64,000 nucleotides of DNA from the human T2T-CHM13v2.0 reference genome, Homo sapiens. Shown piece after piece: positions 1 to 11,757 of the stretch. A program made the translations under genes and the position numbers. Within the stretch, counting starts at the first letter, position 1. The number at the start of each line of letters is the position of its first letter. The notes under the pieces are model-generated. The model did not search any database. It saw only the letters and a list, made by a program, of their open reading frames with translations, and was not told where the DNA came from. The DNA lies in the NCBI GenBank assembly GCA_009914755.4, contig CP086569.2, positions 3,744,001 through 3,808,000 of the forward strand, read 5' to 3'.

Positions 1-80
1 TATGTACCCAAAAATATTTTTAAAATTTTTTAAAAAGAAATGGGCCAAACTGTTAGTAATTACTCTATTCTTTTGGTGAA

Positions 81-573
81 TTAGGGTTCTTCAGAGAAAC
101 AAAACAGATAGGATATAGACAGATAGAGAGATAGACAGATAGATAGACAGACAGAGATAGATGAGAGAAGGTTTACCATGGGAATTGACTCACCTGTTTA
201 TGGAAGCTGAGAATACCCACTGTATACGACCTGCAAGCTCAAGAACCAGCAAAGCTGTTAGCTAAGTCCAAGTTCAAAGGACTGAGAATTTGGGTGGCTG
301 CTGGTGCAAAGTTTAGATGAGAAGATGGGTGACCCAGCTCCAGAAGAGATAGCAAATTCACCTTTCTTCTGCCTTTTTGAAAATCTGAGCCCTGAATAGA
401 TTTGGTGCCTGCCCATATTGGATGAGTGCAGATTTTTCTTACCCAGTTTACTGACTATGATGTGAATCTTTCCCCATAACACCTTCACAGACATACCCCA
501 AAATAATGCTTTACCAGTTATCTGTATTTCTCTTAACCAAGTCAGGTTGATACCTAATATTAACCACCACACA
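81..573 (+). mobile_element. LTR-class interspersed repeat, copy 1. Same family as 47251-47819; family name unresolved, possibly ERVL/MaLR-type. Starts ttagggttcttcagagaaac and ends aatattaaccaccacacatcc.
   Basis: Collinear homology over about 500 bp with the copy at 47251-47819: shared blocks gaattggctcac...tatggaagctgag..., cttctgcctttttg..., gtcaggttga...aaattaacca. TG...CA-like termini. Recognised from memory as a very common human repeat beginning tgtattagtcagggttctccagagaaacagaacc. Confidence 0.7.
109..165. repeat. (GATA/GACA)n-like microsatellite embedded in the repeat above
   Basis: Direct reading: tagacagatagagagatagacagatagatagacagacagagatagatgag. Confidence 0.85.
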
Positions 574-1743
574 TCCACTCCTCATCAATGTGGCACCCGT
601 ACACATCTCCTTAAACCATAATTAATCTCCAAATAAAGACAATAACAATCCCATAGTTGTACCCAACATTACACAGCTACCCTGCTTACAATCATACATG
701 TACAAATATCTTCCCCAGAAGAGAAGATGAAGTCCTTGAGTGATGTTTACTCTTCTGATATCCCTTAACTTAAATATTATAATTTAAAATTAATACTACT
801 TTAATACTGATATAAAGTCAATAAATCTTAAGTTTCATGATAAAGGAATAATGGAGAAAAAACAAAGATACTTGATTAATAGATGTACATATATATATAT
901 ATACACATACTCACATAACATAATGGCATTCTTATCAAAAAGCAGGACATACTCATGACAATTACAGTCTTCAGTACTGTAACCATTCATATGGTCATAG
1001 CTGGTATTTGTAACTATTTTTTTCTACTACACATTCTGTATTCCCTTTGCCTCCAGGAAGCACCTCAGCAAGTGGTAGTTTTTTTAACCTAGTAGGGCGA
1101 TCTAAACCTTCATTTCATAAGAGTCTGAGGTATTTATAGTCCTGCCTGGATTATGTTTTTGCAGTTTCCTATTGACCTTACTCACAGGGCATGGTAGCAC
1201 GTAGAGACACCCTAAAGAATCTACTGTATTCCAGGAATACTCTTTCTTATCTCCATTGTGGAGAAATAGTTCAATTTCCTTTTGATAGTCTGAATCACTT
1301 ACCCCAGCCAACACCATACCTCACTTGACTTACAGACTGAAAGGCATGAGGAGCTGGAAATAACTTGGTAATACTCTTAACTTCCAGTTCAATGGAATCA
1401 CTATTGTGCCTCCCAGTGAAAGCATTTCTTCTTCTGGAACTAAGATCCCTAAGCCGGCAGAGCATAAAATTGTGAAAACAGAAAGCAAAAATTTTGTAAT
1501 TGGTCACTAGGAGTAATTGTGAGTTGTGTCATGCCCATTTCTACATCTTGATTCCTAGACCAGTGAATTCTGGTAATGGGAAAAACAGTATTATATATTG
1601 GACACTGATTTATGGCATATATCCCCTTCTGGAGAACTTTGCCCTAGGTCTCCTAGATATTACCACCTAGTCAGCACTGTTACTGAATATTGAATTGTTA
1701 TAATAAATATTATTAATAATTAATAATTTCAAAAATTATCCCA

Positions 1744-1990
1744 TTGTTCTATCAAGCCATCTGCTTTGGTAAGGTGAAGAACATTGTAATACTAGTAAAG
1801 TTCATGAGCATAAACCCATTGCCACACTTTTTTGACTGTGAAGTTAATTCCTTGGTCAAAAACAATACTGTGTGGAATGCCATAACTATAGATAAAGCAT
1901 TCTATAAGTTCAGGGACGGTAGTTTTGGCAGAAACATTGAGTACAGAATAGGCAAATTTATATTCAGAATAAGTGTCTATTCCAGTGTCC
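1744..1990 (-). pseudogene. ERVL-like (class III, spuma-like) retroviral integrase core remnant
   Basis: Manual minus-strand translation gives DTGIDTYSEYKFAYSVLNVSAKTTVPELIECFIYSYGIPHSIVFDQGINFTVKKVWQWVYAHE. This matches the integrase catalytic core (IDT..S..., F-D-Q-G-x-x-F-T around the second catalytic Asp, VxxWxxxxGI). Downstream there is a frameshift followed by SSPYQS, resembling the PYHPQSSG motif. Confidence 0.6.
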
Positions 1991-2409
1991 TATTTCATTT
2001 ACATTTATCTAAAGAAATACCTGAAGCTGGGCAATGCATAAAGAAAAGAGGTTTATTTGGCTCACTCTTCTGCAAGCTGTATAGGATGCATGGCATGAAC
2101 ATGTGCTTCTGGTTAGAACTTCAGAAAGCTTCCACTTATGATGAAAGGGAAAAAGAAATTGATGTGTGCAGATCACATGGTGAGAAAGAAGCAAGAGAGA
2201 GGGGATAGAGGTGCCGGATTTTTTTTAACGATTGTATCTCACAGGAACTAATAGAGTGAGAAGTCACTCATTACTTCAATAATGGCACCAAGTCTTTCAT
2301 GAAGAATCCACTCACATGACCAAAACACCTCACGCCAGGCCCTACCTTCAACATTGTGGATCAAATTTCAACATGATATTTTGAGGGGACAAATATCTAA
2401 ACTGTATCA
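1991..2409 (-). mobile_element. MaLR LTR (THE1/MST-like), inserted into the ERVL integrase remnant
   Basis: Reverse-complement homology to THE1/MST consensus blocks as I recall them: ctgaagctgggcaatgcataaagaaaagaggtttatttggctcac...ctgcaagctgtataggatgcatggc...tttttaacgattgtatctcacaggaactaat...cacattgtggatcaaatttcaacatgatattttgagggg...aaactgtatca. Confidence 0.8.
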
Positions 2410-2420
2410 TTCAGTAAATG

Positions 2421-2740
2421 CAAAATGCTGGCCCTTCCATGATGGCAGTGGTCCAATGTAATCAACCTACCACCAGGTAGCTGGCTGATCACCCTGGAGA
2501 ATGGTGCTGTACTTGGGGCTCATAATTGGCCTCTGCTGTGACAGATTGGTTACTCAGCAATAGTCACAGCCAATTTGTCCATGGTGAATGCAAGTCCATG
2601 TTGCTGAGCCCATGCAGAAACTCCATCTCTGCCACCAAGGCTACTTTGTTTATGAGCTCATTGGGTGATAACAGAGATGACTGGGAACAAGGCTTGCTGG
2701 TATCAACAATATGGGTCATATTTGATTATTAAACAATCAA
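2421..2740 (-). pseudogene. ERVL-like integrase remnant, N-terminal part, located on the other side of the nested MaLR LTR
   Basis: Minus-strand translation of about 2440-2480 gives QPATWW*VDYIGPLP, i.e. the WQxDYIGPLP first-catalytic-Asp motif of spuma/ERVL-type integrases. Upstream is a His-rich stretch (FLHGLSNMDLHSPW) compatible with the HHCC zinc-binding region. Confidence 0.5.
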
Positions 2741-3172
2741 CTTGATATTAAAATTTTTCTCTGCTGAGGTCATGCTTTGTTAAGCATTCATATGAAACAT
2801 AAACATATTTGTGTTCTTTGTCCATTCAGAGAGGTCTACCCACATACCTCTTCCCCAAATACCTTTGTAAGCAGTTTTTCAATCAAGTTCTTTCCCAGTT
2901 CCATACCATCCAGCCAAAACTTTGGCTATAGTCCATGTGTGGTTATGGAATCTCATATCTGGCCATTTTCCTTTCCAAGCAAAGTACACAATCTCGTGCA
3001 CTGTCTGAAGTCCTGCCCACTTACAAGGTTTTCCTCCACTATTGCCCTTCAGGAATATTCCAGAAAGGGGCTATAGTATGTTAGCTGTTAACTTTGGACT
3101 GCTGCCTGAATATTAAGCAGAAAGATCTGTGAACCAGCCCAATTTTCTTCTTCTGTCAACTAATCATAGGGT

Positions 3173-3589
3173 GTATTAGTTTCTTTGTGTTGCTACACAG
3201 GAATATCTGAAGCTGGTTAACTTATAAGGAAAATAAGTTTATTTGGCTCACAGTTCTGCAGGCTATACATGAACCATAGTGCCAGCATTTGCTTTTGATG
3301 ATGGTTTCAAGAAACTTACAGTCATGGTGGAAAGTGAAGGGAAGCCAGGATGTTACATGGTGAGAGAGGAAGTAAGATAGAGGAGAAGGGGTTGCCGGGC
3401 TCTTTTAAACAACCAGATCTCATGTGAAGTCCTAGAGTGACAGCTCACTCATTACTGCGAGGACAGCACCAAGACACTCATGAGGGATTCACCTCCATGA
3501 TGCAAACTCTTCCATTAGGCCTCACCTCCAACATTGGGGACCACATTTCAATATGAGATTTAGAGGAAATACACATCCAAACCATATTA
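3173..3589 (-). mobile_element. MaLR LTR (THE1/MST-like), essentially full length
   Basis: tgtattagtttctttgtgttgctacacag...ctgaagctggttaacttataaggaaaataagtttatttggctcacagttctgcaggct...cttacagtcatggtggaaagtgaaggg...tcttttaaacaaccagatctcatgtgaa...cattggggaccacatttcaatatgagatttagagg...ccaaaccatatta is the reverse complement of the THE1/MST consensus as I recall it. Confidence 0.85.
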
Positions 3590-3865
3590 TAGGGTACTCC
3601 CCATAACACTATAGGTTGGAGAGAAGGCTGGGAGAAAGAAGTCAGTGTACAGTGTAACAGGAGTAGGAATCACGGACATTTAAGCCACTTCTACATTTAA
3701 CTTACTTGTAGCCTTTACGGACTACTCAGGCCTGATATATATGGAAGAAAAAAGGGTTAATTTAATTTTGCAACTTCATTTATGGATTTTTTTGTGAGAC
3801 AAGGGAAAGAAATATAAAAGATCAGCTTATTTTGTGTGTATCCACACACTTAATGGGAACTCATT

Positions 3866-5255
3866 TTCAACAAAGTTGCCAAGAATATTGGGGAAAAGTC
3901 AGTCTTCAATAGCTGATGTTGGGAAACTGGATATCCACATGCAGGAGAATGAAACTAGACCCCTATCTCTTGCCATATACAAAACGTGAATCAAAATAAA
4001 TTAAAGACTTAAGTCTAAGACCTCAAACTATGAAATTACTATAAGAAAACTTTGAGAAAAATCTCTAGGACATTGGTCTGGACAAACATTTCTTGAGCAA
4101 TACCCCACAACCACAGGCAACCAAAGCAAAAACGGACAGCAAATGATACAATCCACAAAATGAAGAAACAGTAAATAGAATGGGAAAAATATTTGCAAAT
4201 TACTCATCTGATAAGTGATTAATAACCAGAATAGAAAAGGAGTTCAAACAATTGTATAGGTAGAAATGTAATAACCAAATCAAAAAGTAGGCAAAAGATT
4301 TGATCAAAAGAAAACATACAAATGGCAAACAGGCATATGAAAAAGTTCTCAACATCATAGAATATCAGAGAAATGTAAAATAAAAACTACAATGAGATGT
4401 CCTATTATCCCAGTTAAAATGGCTTATAACCAAAGACAGGCAATAACAAATGCTTGTCAGGATGTGGAGAAAAGGCAACCTTTGTACACTGTGGGTGGGA
4501 ACGTAAGTTAGTACAACCACTAAATAGAACAGTTTGGAAGTTTCTCAAAACACCAAAAATAGAGCTACTATATGATGTAGCAATCCCACTGTTGGGTATA
4601 TATCCCAGAGAAAGGAAATCTGTCTAAGAAAGAGATATCTGCACTTCCATGTTTGTTGTAGGACTATTCACAACAGTTAATATTTGGAAGCAACCTAAGT
4701 GTTCATCAACATATGAATGAATTAAGAAAATATGGAACATAGACACAATGGAGTAATATACAGCCATAAAAAATATGAGATCCAGTCATTTGCAATGACA
4801 TGGATGGAACTGGAAGTCATTATGCTAAGTGAAACAAGCCAGGCACAGAAAGACAAACATCATGTGTTTGAACTTATTTGTGGGATCTAAAAATCAAAAC
4901 AATTGAACCTATGAGCACAGAGAGTAGAAGAATGGTTACCAGAGGCTGGGAAGGGTAGTGGGGGTGATGGGGACAAGGTTGGATAGTTAATGGGTACAAA
5001 AAATAGAAAGAATGAATAAGACATACTATTTGATAGCATACCAGGGTGACTATAGTCAATAATAAATTCATTTTAAAATAGCTAAAGGAGTGTAATTGAA
5101 TTTTTATAACACAAAGGAAAAATGCTTGAGGGGATGGAAACTACATTTTTTTAAATATGTCATTATTTCATATTGCATGCCTGGATCAAAACATCCCATG
5201 TACCCCATAAATATATACACCTGCTATATACTCACTAAAATTAAAACTTAAAAAA
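3866..5255 (+). mobile_element. L1 (L1PB/L1MA-like) 3' fragment: ORF2 C-terminus plus 3'UTR
   Basis: Reads as L1 ORF2 C-terminal protein (FNKVAKNIGEKSVFNS..., PIKKWAKDLNRHF-type, MQIKTTMRYHLTPV). Typical 3'UTR blocks are present (ggatggaactggaagtcattatgctaagtgaaacaagccaggcacagaaagacaaa, gagagtagaagaatggttaccagaggctgg) with an A-rich end. Confidence 0.9.
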
Positions 5256-6615
5256 GGATCATACCTTTTGTTATATCATCTCACAATAAAAATAATGACA
5301 TTTAACTGAAACGCTACATTTATTAATGTAAAAACAGCAAACTCTGCTTTAGATTTACAGAGATCTAGAAAAAAATAATTTAATAAAAGTGTCCTAACCA
5401 TAGGAGTTCAGAGCACACTTAAGAGTTTCCACTCAAGTTCTCTTAAATAAGAGAGTCCAGTGAAGAATGAATCAATCTGCTGAACCTATAGACACCACAA
5501 GCACTTACGATTTTTACTCCTCTACTCGACCTCTTATTATGTCAATCTCCACCTTGCTTTTTATATTAATTGTAACTAATTTTCTAATTCCTACTCTGTA
5601 TTGGACATATTTTCCACCTTTTACATTGGTGACTTACAGACTCTTGAGGCTTCATTTCCTCCAGCTTCCTGCAATAAAGGCAAGTACCTGGTTCTTACAT
5701 GCATATATAACCTATGTCTCACTTAAAGCCTCCACGTGACCTATAATCACAAATTATACGCTCTTGAAGTCTAACTTGCTTCTCTTAACACGAATCTGAT
5801 TACAGAGGGTATTAAATGACAGACTAAGAAGTTTGAATTTGTATTAGGCAGACAAAAATCAACATTGAGAACATCTGAGAAAATAAATGACATACTACTA
5901 TCAGTGTCTTAAGAAAATGAATCAGTGAACACTCTGCATGGATTAAATGAGGTATTGTATTTAAAATACATTGCACAGGCCTTAACACATATTAAGCATG
6001 TAATATAAATAGGTATTACACAGGGATAGAATGAGTGAGGAGAGCCAGTTTTCAAATGCCAATGTGTGAATTAGAAAAGCTTACAGTTAAGAAATTAGTG
6101 AATATAGCCAAATCATTTTTTGTGAGATATGATAGTTTTGTTTTAGTTTAAAAAATATTTTAAACATAAAGAAAATAATATATAAAATAATAAGCACCCA
6201 TATACCTATCACTCAGTTTTTCAATTGTTACTGTGTGACATTTTAAATAAGAATATAGTCAGAAAATAAAATGATGGAGAATATTACATAATCAATTGAA
6301 GCTGCGATTGATTTTACTGTCTTTCTCCAGATATAACTTCGACCCTTATTTTTTGAATTGTTATTCTGAATGATTTTGTTTTTAATGACATATATGTGTA
6401 TTCTTTAGCTCTATACACATTGATTTGCAATAATTTAAACTTGTATAAGTAATAGCATGAATTCTAATTCTTCTGAAATGTAATGTTTCTGCTCAACAAC
6501 TGTTGAAAATAGTGGTACTAGTCAATCTTAACTAGTCAACACACATAAATGGCACTATTTTCATTATTAAATTTTCTGACTAATAATCACTGAAATAATT
6601 ATTGATATTTTTAAA

Positions 6616-6850
6616 AATTTTATTTTGTTTTTGACACAATAATTGTACATATTTATGGGGTGCAATTTGTTGTTTTGATACATGTATGCATTGTGTAAAG
6701 ACTAAATCAAGGTAATTAACAAGTCCATCACCTCAAACATTTACCATTTCTTTGTGGTGAGAACATTCAAAATTATCTCTTCTTGCTATTTTGAAATGTA
6801 CAAGAAAGTTTTTTGTGCCATGCAATTTGACCATTCTAGGCATTTAAATT
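6616..6850 (+). repeat. Unclassified interspersed-repeat fragment (tgtacatatttatggggtgcaatttgttgttttgatacatgtatgcattgtgtaa...ccatcacctcaaacatttaccatttctttgtggtgagaacattcaaaat)
   Basis: Recognised from memory as a recurrent human repeat motif; family not assigned. Confidence 0.3.
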
Positions 6851-7599
6851 CTCATTTATATAAAATTTGATACCTGAAAAGGAGGATGTTAGCATTATTA
6901 ACTTATCTTCTTGACAAAATAGGTAATGTTTCTAATGTTATGCCTTTGGTTTTTGTTCAGGGCAAATATTGTACATAATAAAATGAAAAACAGTACATAC
7001 AACAAATGTCTTTAGTAATTTGTTAATTAAAGAAATGTTGGTATCACTTGAACACTTGATGTCCTGTTATTAGATGATGGTTTATTACTATACTGAGAGG
7101 ATCTTCCCAACTAAATTAAAAGTTTAATCACAATCATGCTAGACCTTTTTATATCTGCATCCTCCACATTAGAATGTCTGTCATTTTTATCATTTCAGTG
7201 TATTATTTATATTTTTCTTATTTTTTATAAATAAAATTGTATTCTCTCAAAACATTTCTATACATAAAGGTTCACTTTTTAAAATGCTACAAATTTGAAC
7301 ATAGTTTGAAAAAATGCATGGTGTCATGTATCCTCCATTATAGCATCATACAGAATGGTTTCACTGCCTTAAAATGCCCTCTACTTTATTTATTCAATGC
7401 TTCCTTTTTCCCCCTAAACTGCTGCTAAGCACTGATCTTTTTACTCTCTATAGTTTTGTTTTTTTTTCATTATGGTGGAAATCATGTAGTATATAACCTT
7501 TTCAGACTATTTTCTTTTACTTAATTATATGCATTTTTAGTTTAATACTTTTTGTGGCTTTCTAATCAATTTATTTTTATCACTGAGTAATATTTTATT

Positions 7600-7880
7600 A
7601 TATTGATGTATCACTGTTTATCAATTCACCCATTGAAGAACAATTTGGTTGCTTCCAGTTATTGGTGATTATAAATAAATTTTCTGTAGACATTTGAACG
7701 CAAGTTTTTGTGTCGACACAGTTTTCAAATAAGTTGGATGAAAACCTAAGAGCACACTTGTTGGTTTGTTTAGCTGTGTGAGAAATTGCCAAACTGTCTG
7801 CAAAAGTGGCGATACTATCTGTAAAAGTTGCCTTCCACCCAGCCGTGAATGAAAATTCCTATTGTTTCACATCCTCATCA
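7600..7880 (-). mobile_element. Ancient L1 (L1M-type) ORF2-region fragment
   Basis: ttcacccattgaagaacaatttggttgcttccagttattggtgattataaataaa...catttgaacgcaagtttttgtgtcgacac...gaaattgccaaactgtc...ttccacccagc..tgaatgaaaattcctattgtttcacatcctc matches the antisense pattern of old L1 elements as I recall it. It parallels the plus-strand text of the minus-strand L1 at 10.5-10.9 kb. Confidence 0.6.
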
Positions 7881-8465
7881 GTATTAGATATTTTTTTTTA
7901 GATTTAACCATTGTAATAGGTGTGTAGTGACATTTAACTCTTGTTTAATTTGTAATTTCTCAATGAAAACTTCTGTTGAACATCTTCTCAAAAACTGGAC
8001 TCATATAGAAATTTTAAGATCTTCCTTTCAAAGTGATATTTGGAAAACAATAGATTCAATCATGAAGTCAGCTAGTCACTAGGTCTAGAACTGTACATAT
8101 ATCCTCCTTATTCCTGAGACTGCAGCTTCTTTTTAATGTACATTTCAGGTTTTTGGAAGTGATGTGAAACAACCTATTTTCCCAGTTTATTTTTTAGTGG
8201 GAGAGGTTGGTACCTCCCCTAAGGACCAGCTTCAAGCAGTGCTAATGGCCCTAGTTCATCTTCTGGTGTGGGACAATTTTAGCCCCTTTATCCCAATTGA
8301 GCTTAGATCTAGTCTATCATGGCCTGTCTTCTGATAGAATATCAACAGTCCTGTGGCTTTAGCTCCATTTTCTGCTTTGAGTTTGTTTTCATTTTTTTCC
8401 TTGTCTACAGACTTTTTATTTGTTTAAACGCAGTTATATATTTTTGAATACTTACATATTGAACA

Positions 8466-8500
8466 TACATTTTATATATATATATATAATATATATAATT
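8466..8500. repeat. (TA)n microsatellite
   Basis: Direct reading: tatatatatatataatatatataat. Confidence 0.9.
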
Positions 8501-8504
8501 GCTA

Positions 8505-9060
8505 TGTGTTTATATCATGTGAGGACATAGTGTAATATGGACCCTATGATGCCCACTTCTATGTTTGTTCCTTTGTTAATCCTCTCCCCACTGACTGTTG
8601 CCAGAAACTGTGGACTGCTTCTTTCCAATAGAACAGGAAAGGTGATGGGATATCATGTTTGTGATAATGTTACATAAGATTGTATCCTGTCTTCTAGGAG
8701 ACTCTCACCATTGTTGGTTTGAGGAAGCAAGCTGCCCTGTTGGGAGCTGCCCTGTGGTAAGAAACTGAAGGCAGTCTCTGGCTGGTCACCAGCAAAAATC
8801 TGTAGCTCTTAGTCTGGCAGCCTGCAAGGAACTAAATGCTCTCGACAATTATGTATGTGAGCCTGGAGGTGTATTCTGCTGTAGTCAAATCTTAGGGCCT
8901 TAGATGAGAGTCCACCCTGACTTACACTTTGATTGCAGCTTTGAAGAGAACTCAGCTAAGCCATGTCAGGACTCTGGAACAACAGAAACTGTGAACAATT
9001 AAACATCAGACACAATTTTTTAATGTGCCTGTAAGCTTACATACGTGTTGTGTTGTGTGT
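8505..9060 (+). mobile_element. MaLR LTR, MLT1-type
   Basis: gaggaagcaagctgccctgttgggagctgccctgtggtaagaaactgaaggcagtctctggctggtcaccagcaa...cctgcaaggaactaaatgctctcgacaattatgtatgtgagcctggaggt...cttagatgagagtccaccctgacttacactttgattgcagctttgaagagaactcagctaagccatgtcaggactctggaacaacagaaactgtgaacaatt follows the MLT1 3'-half consensus layout. Confidence 0.75.
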
Positions 9061-9894
9061 GCTGGTGGAGAGGTATTACTGGTGTCTTTAACTTCACACC
9101 ACACAGGTACCTTCTCATTTCACCATCCAGTATTAATAAATAATGGGTTTTCACTCAGCACATTTATCTTCCCTGATTTATTACCCTTCATAGCAATTAT
9201 CCATATCTGAAAGACTGCCTATATTGTTAGTTCCCGTATTTATTGCCTATCTCCCGAAAACCGGAATATAACTTATATGAGCAAAGGGATTTTTGACTGT
9301 CTTTGTCTGATCCCTAAATAGTATTTGCCCTATACTAGACACAACACAAGTGATATTTTGCACAAATAAGGAATGTATATTACCCCAAAGGGAGAATTAC
9401 TGAAAATTAGTAAATTGACATTCAATGGCATTTTTTTGCCATAAAAACAAAAAGAAGAGTATATTGCTGATATCTTATTGAAAGCAAATAATGTGTAGGC
9501 CAAAATATCATTATGTTTATGATTTCACCATAGTACTATGGACACTGGGCTGTGTTTTATGATGGAGAAACACATATAAAGTAATTGTTAAGAGTTAGAC
9601 CTCTGGAACTGGTAAACTCAATGGGAATTTTAATTCCCATTTACCAGACTTTGAAGTATTTAATCTGTCTAATCTTAGTAGCATCATCTATAACATGGTG
9701 ATGAAAATAGAGGCTATACCATACAGCAACTGATAATATTAAATGAGATGATACAAGGTAAGGATTCAGTATGGTGCCTAGAATATAGTTAAGTACTCCA
9801 TAAATGGTTGATCTTACTAGTACTGTGAAATATCTCATTACTTACCAGTCAGTAGATGCAGTTTAATATTTTGCTTAATTATATTGGTTCAGGC

Positions 9895-9990
9895 ATCAAA
9901 CACACCTGGGTTTGCATCTCAACTCCACCTTATACCAGCTTTGTGACTTTGGGCATATTATTTGACTTTTAGGAGCACTGCTGTGAAACT
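9895..9990 (+). mobile_element. MIR SINE fragment (5' region), truncated by the L1 insertion at about 10086
   Basis: cacctgggtttgcatctcaactccaccttataccagctttgtgactttgggcatattatttgac resembles the MIR consensus cctgggttcgaatcccggctctgccacttactagctgtgtgaccttgggcaagtcacttaac. Confidence 0.6.
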
Positions 9991-10085
9991 GGCATACAAT
10001 ACCTTCTTTTTTTTAATTTAAAATAATTTACTTTAGAATTTGTAGTTAATTATATTTAACCTAGATAAAATTTACCTGGACACAT

Positions 10086-11757
10086 TTTTTTTTTATTTTA
10101 CTGTAAGTTCTGTGATACATATGCTGAACGTGCAGGTTTGTTACGTAAGTATACCTGTGCCGTGGTGGTTTGCAGCACCTATCAACCCATCATCTAGGTT
10201 TTAAGCTCCACATGCATTAAGTATTTGTCCTAATGCTCTCCCTCCCCTTTCCCCCAACCCCCCAACAGTCCCCATTGTGTGACGTTCCCCTCCCTGCATC
10301 CATGTGTTCTCACTGATCAGCTCCCACTTATGAGTGAGAACATGTGGTGTTTGGTTTTCCGTTCCTATGTTAGTTTGCTGAGGATGATGGTTTCCAACTT
10401 CACCCATGTACCTGAAAAGGACATAAACTTATTCTTTACCATGGATGCATAGTATTCCATGGTGTATATGTGCCACATTTTCTTTATCCAGTCCATCACT
10501 GATGGGCATTTTGGTTGGTTCCAAGTCTTTGTTATTGTAAATAGTGCTGTAAAATAAACACACCTGTGCATGTGTCTTTATAGTAGAATGAGTAATAATC
10601 CTTTGGGTATATACTCAGTAATGGGATTGCTGGGTCAAATGGTATTTCTGGTTCTATATCCTTGAGGGATCACCACACTGTCTTCCACAATGGTTAAAGT
10701 ATTTACACTCCCATCCACAGTGTAAAAGTGTTCCTATTTCTCCGCATACTCGCCAGCATCTGTTGTTTCCAGACTTTTTAATGATCACCATTCTAACTGG
10801 CGTGACATGGTATCTTCATTTTGGTTTTGATTTGCATTTCTTTAATGACCAGTGATGGTGAGCTTTTTTTTTTCATTTGTTTGTTAGCTGCATAAATGCC
10901 TTATTTTGAGAAGAGTCTGTCCATATCCTTTGCCCACTTTTTGGTGGGGTTGCGTGTTTTTTTCTTGTAAATTTGTTTAAGTTCCTTGTAGATGCTGGAT
11001 ATTAGACCATTGTCAGATGGATAGATTGCACAAATTTTCTCCCATTCTTTAGATTGAGTGTGCTCTCTGAGATAGTTTATTTTGCTGAGCAGAAGCTCTT
11101 TAGTTTAATTAGATCCCATTTGTCAATTTTGCCTTTTATTGCAATTGGTTTTGGCAATTTAGTCATGAAATCTTTGTCCATGCCTAAGTCCTGAATAGTA
11201 TTGCCTAGGTTTTCTTCTAGGGTTTTTATAGTTTTAGGTTTTACATTTAAGTTTTTGATCCATCTTGAGTTAATTTCTGTATAAGGTGTAAGGAAGGGGT
11301 CCAGTTTCTGTTTTCTGCATATGGCTAGCCCGTTTTCCCAGCACCATTTATTAAATAGGGAATCCTTTCCCCATTGCTTATTTTTGTCAGGTTTGTCAAA
11401 GATCAGGTGGTTGTAGATATGTTGTGTTATTTCGGAGGCCTCTGTTCTGTTCAATTGGTCTATATATCTGTTTTGATACCAGTACCATGCTGCTTTGATT
11501 ACTGTAACCTTGTAGTATAGTTTGAAGTCAGGTAGCTTGATGCCTCCAGCTTTGTTGTTTTGCTTAGGATTGTCTTGGCTACACAGGCTCTTTTTCGATT
11601 CCATATGAAATTTAAAGTAGTTTTTTCTGGTTCTGTGAAGAAAGTAAATAGTAGCTTGATGGGGATGGCATTGAATCTATAAATTTATTTGGGCAGTATG
11701 GCCATTTTCACGATATTGATTCTTCCCATCCATGAGCATGGAATGTTTCTACTTCAT
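10086..11757 (-). mobile_element. L1PA-type L1 3' end (3'UTR plus ORF2 C-terminus), 5'-truncated
   Basis: The poly-T run at 10086-10096 is the poly-A tail on the minus strand. The reversed L1PA 3'UTR is present (taagttctgtgatacatatgctgaacgtgcaggtttgttacgtaagtatacctgtgccgtggtggtttgcagcacctatcaacccatcatctaggttttaagctccacatgcattaag). The minus-strand ORFs 11077..11604 and 10365..10571 read as L1 ORF2p ([36 protein letters not shown]...[77 protein letters not shown]). Confidence 0.95.
10365..11604 (-). pseudogene. L1 ORF2 C-terminal remnant; accounts for the 175-aa and 68-aa ORFs in the track
   Basis: Near-verbatim L1 ORF2p motifs in the supplied translations. Confidence 0.9.

Noticed and set aside
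1744-2208. 154-aa plus-strand ORF
   Set aside because: It runs antisense through the ERVL integrase remnant and into a MaLR LTR; the true coding sense of the ancestral element is the opposite strand. Chance antisense frame.
11077-11604. 175-aa minus-strand ORF that could be mistaken for a cellular gene
   Set aside because: Its translation is L1 ORF2p C-terminal sequence ([71 protein letters not shown]) inside a 5'-truncated L1PA copy.
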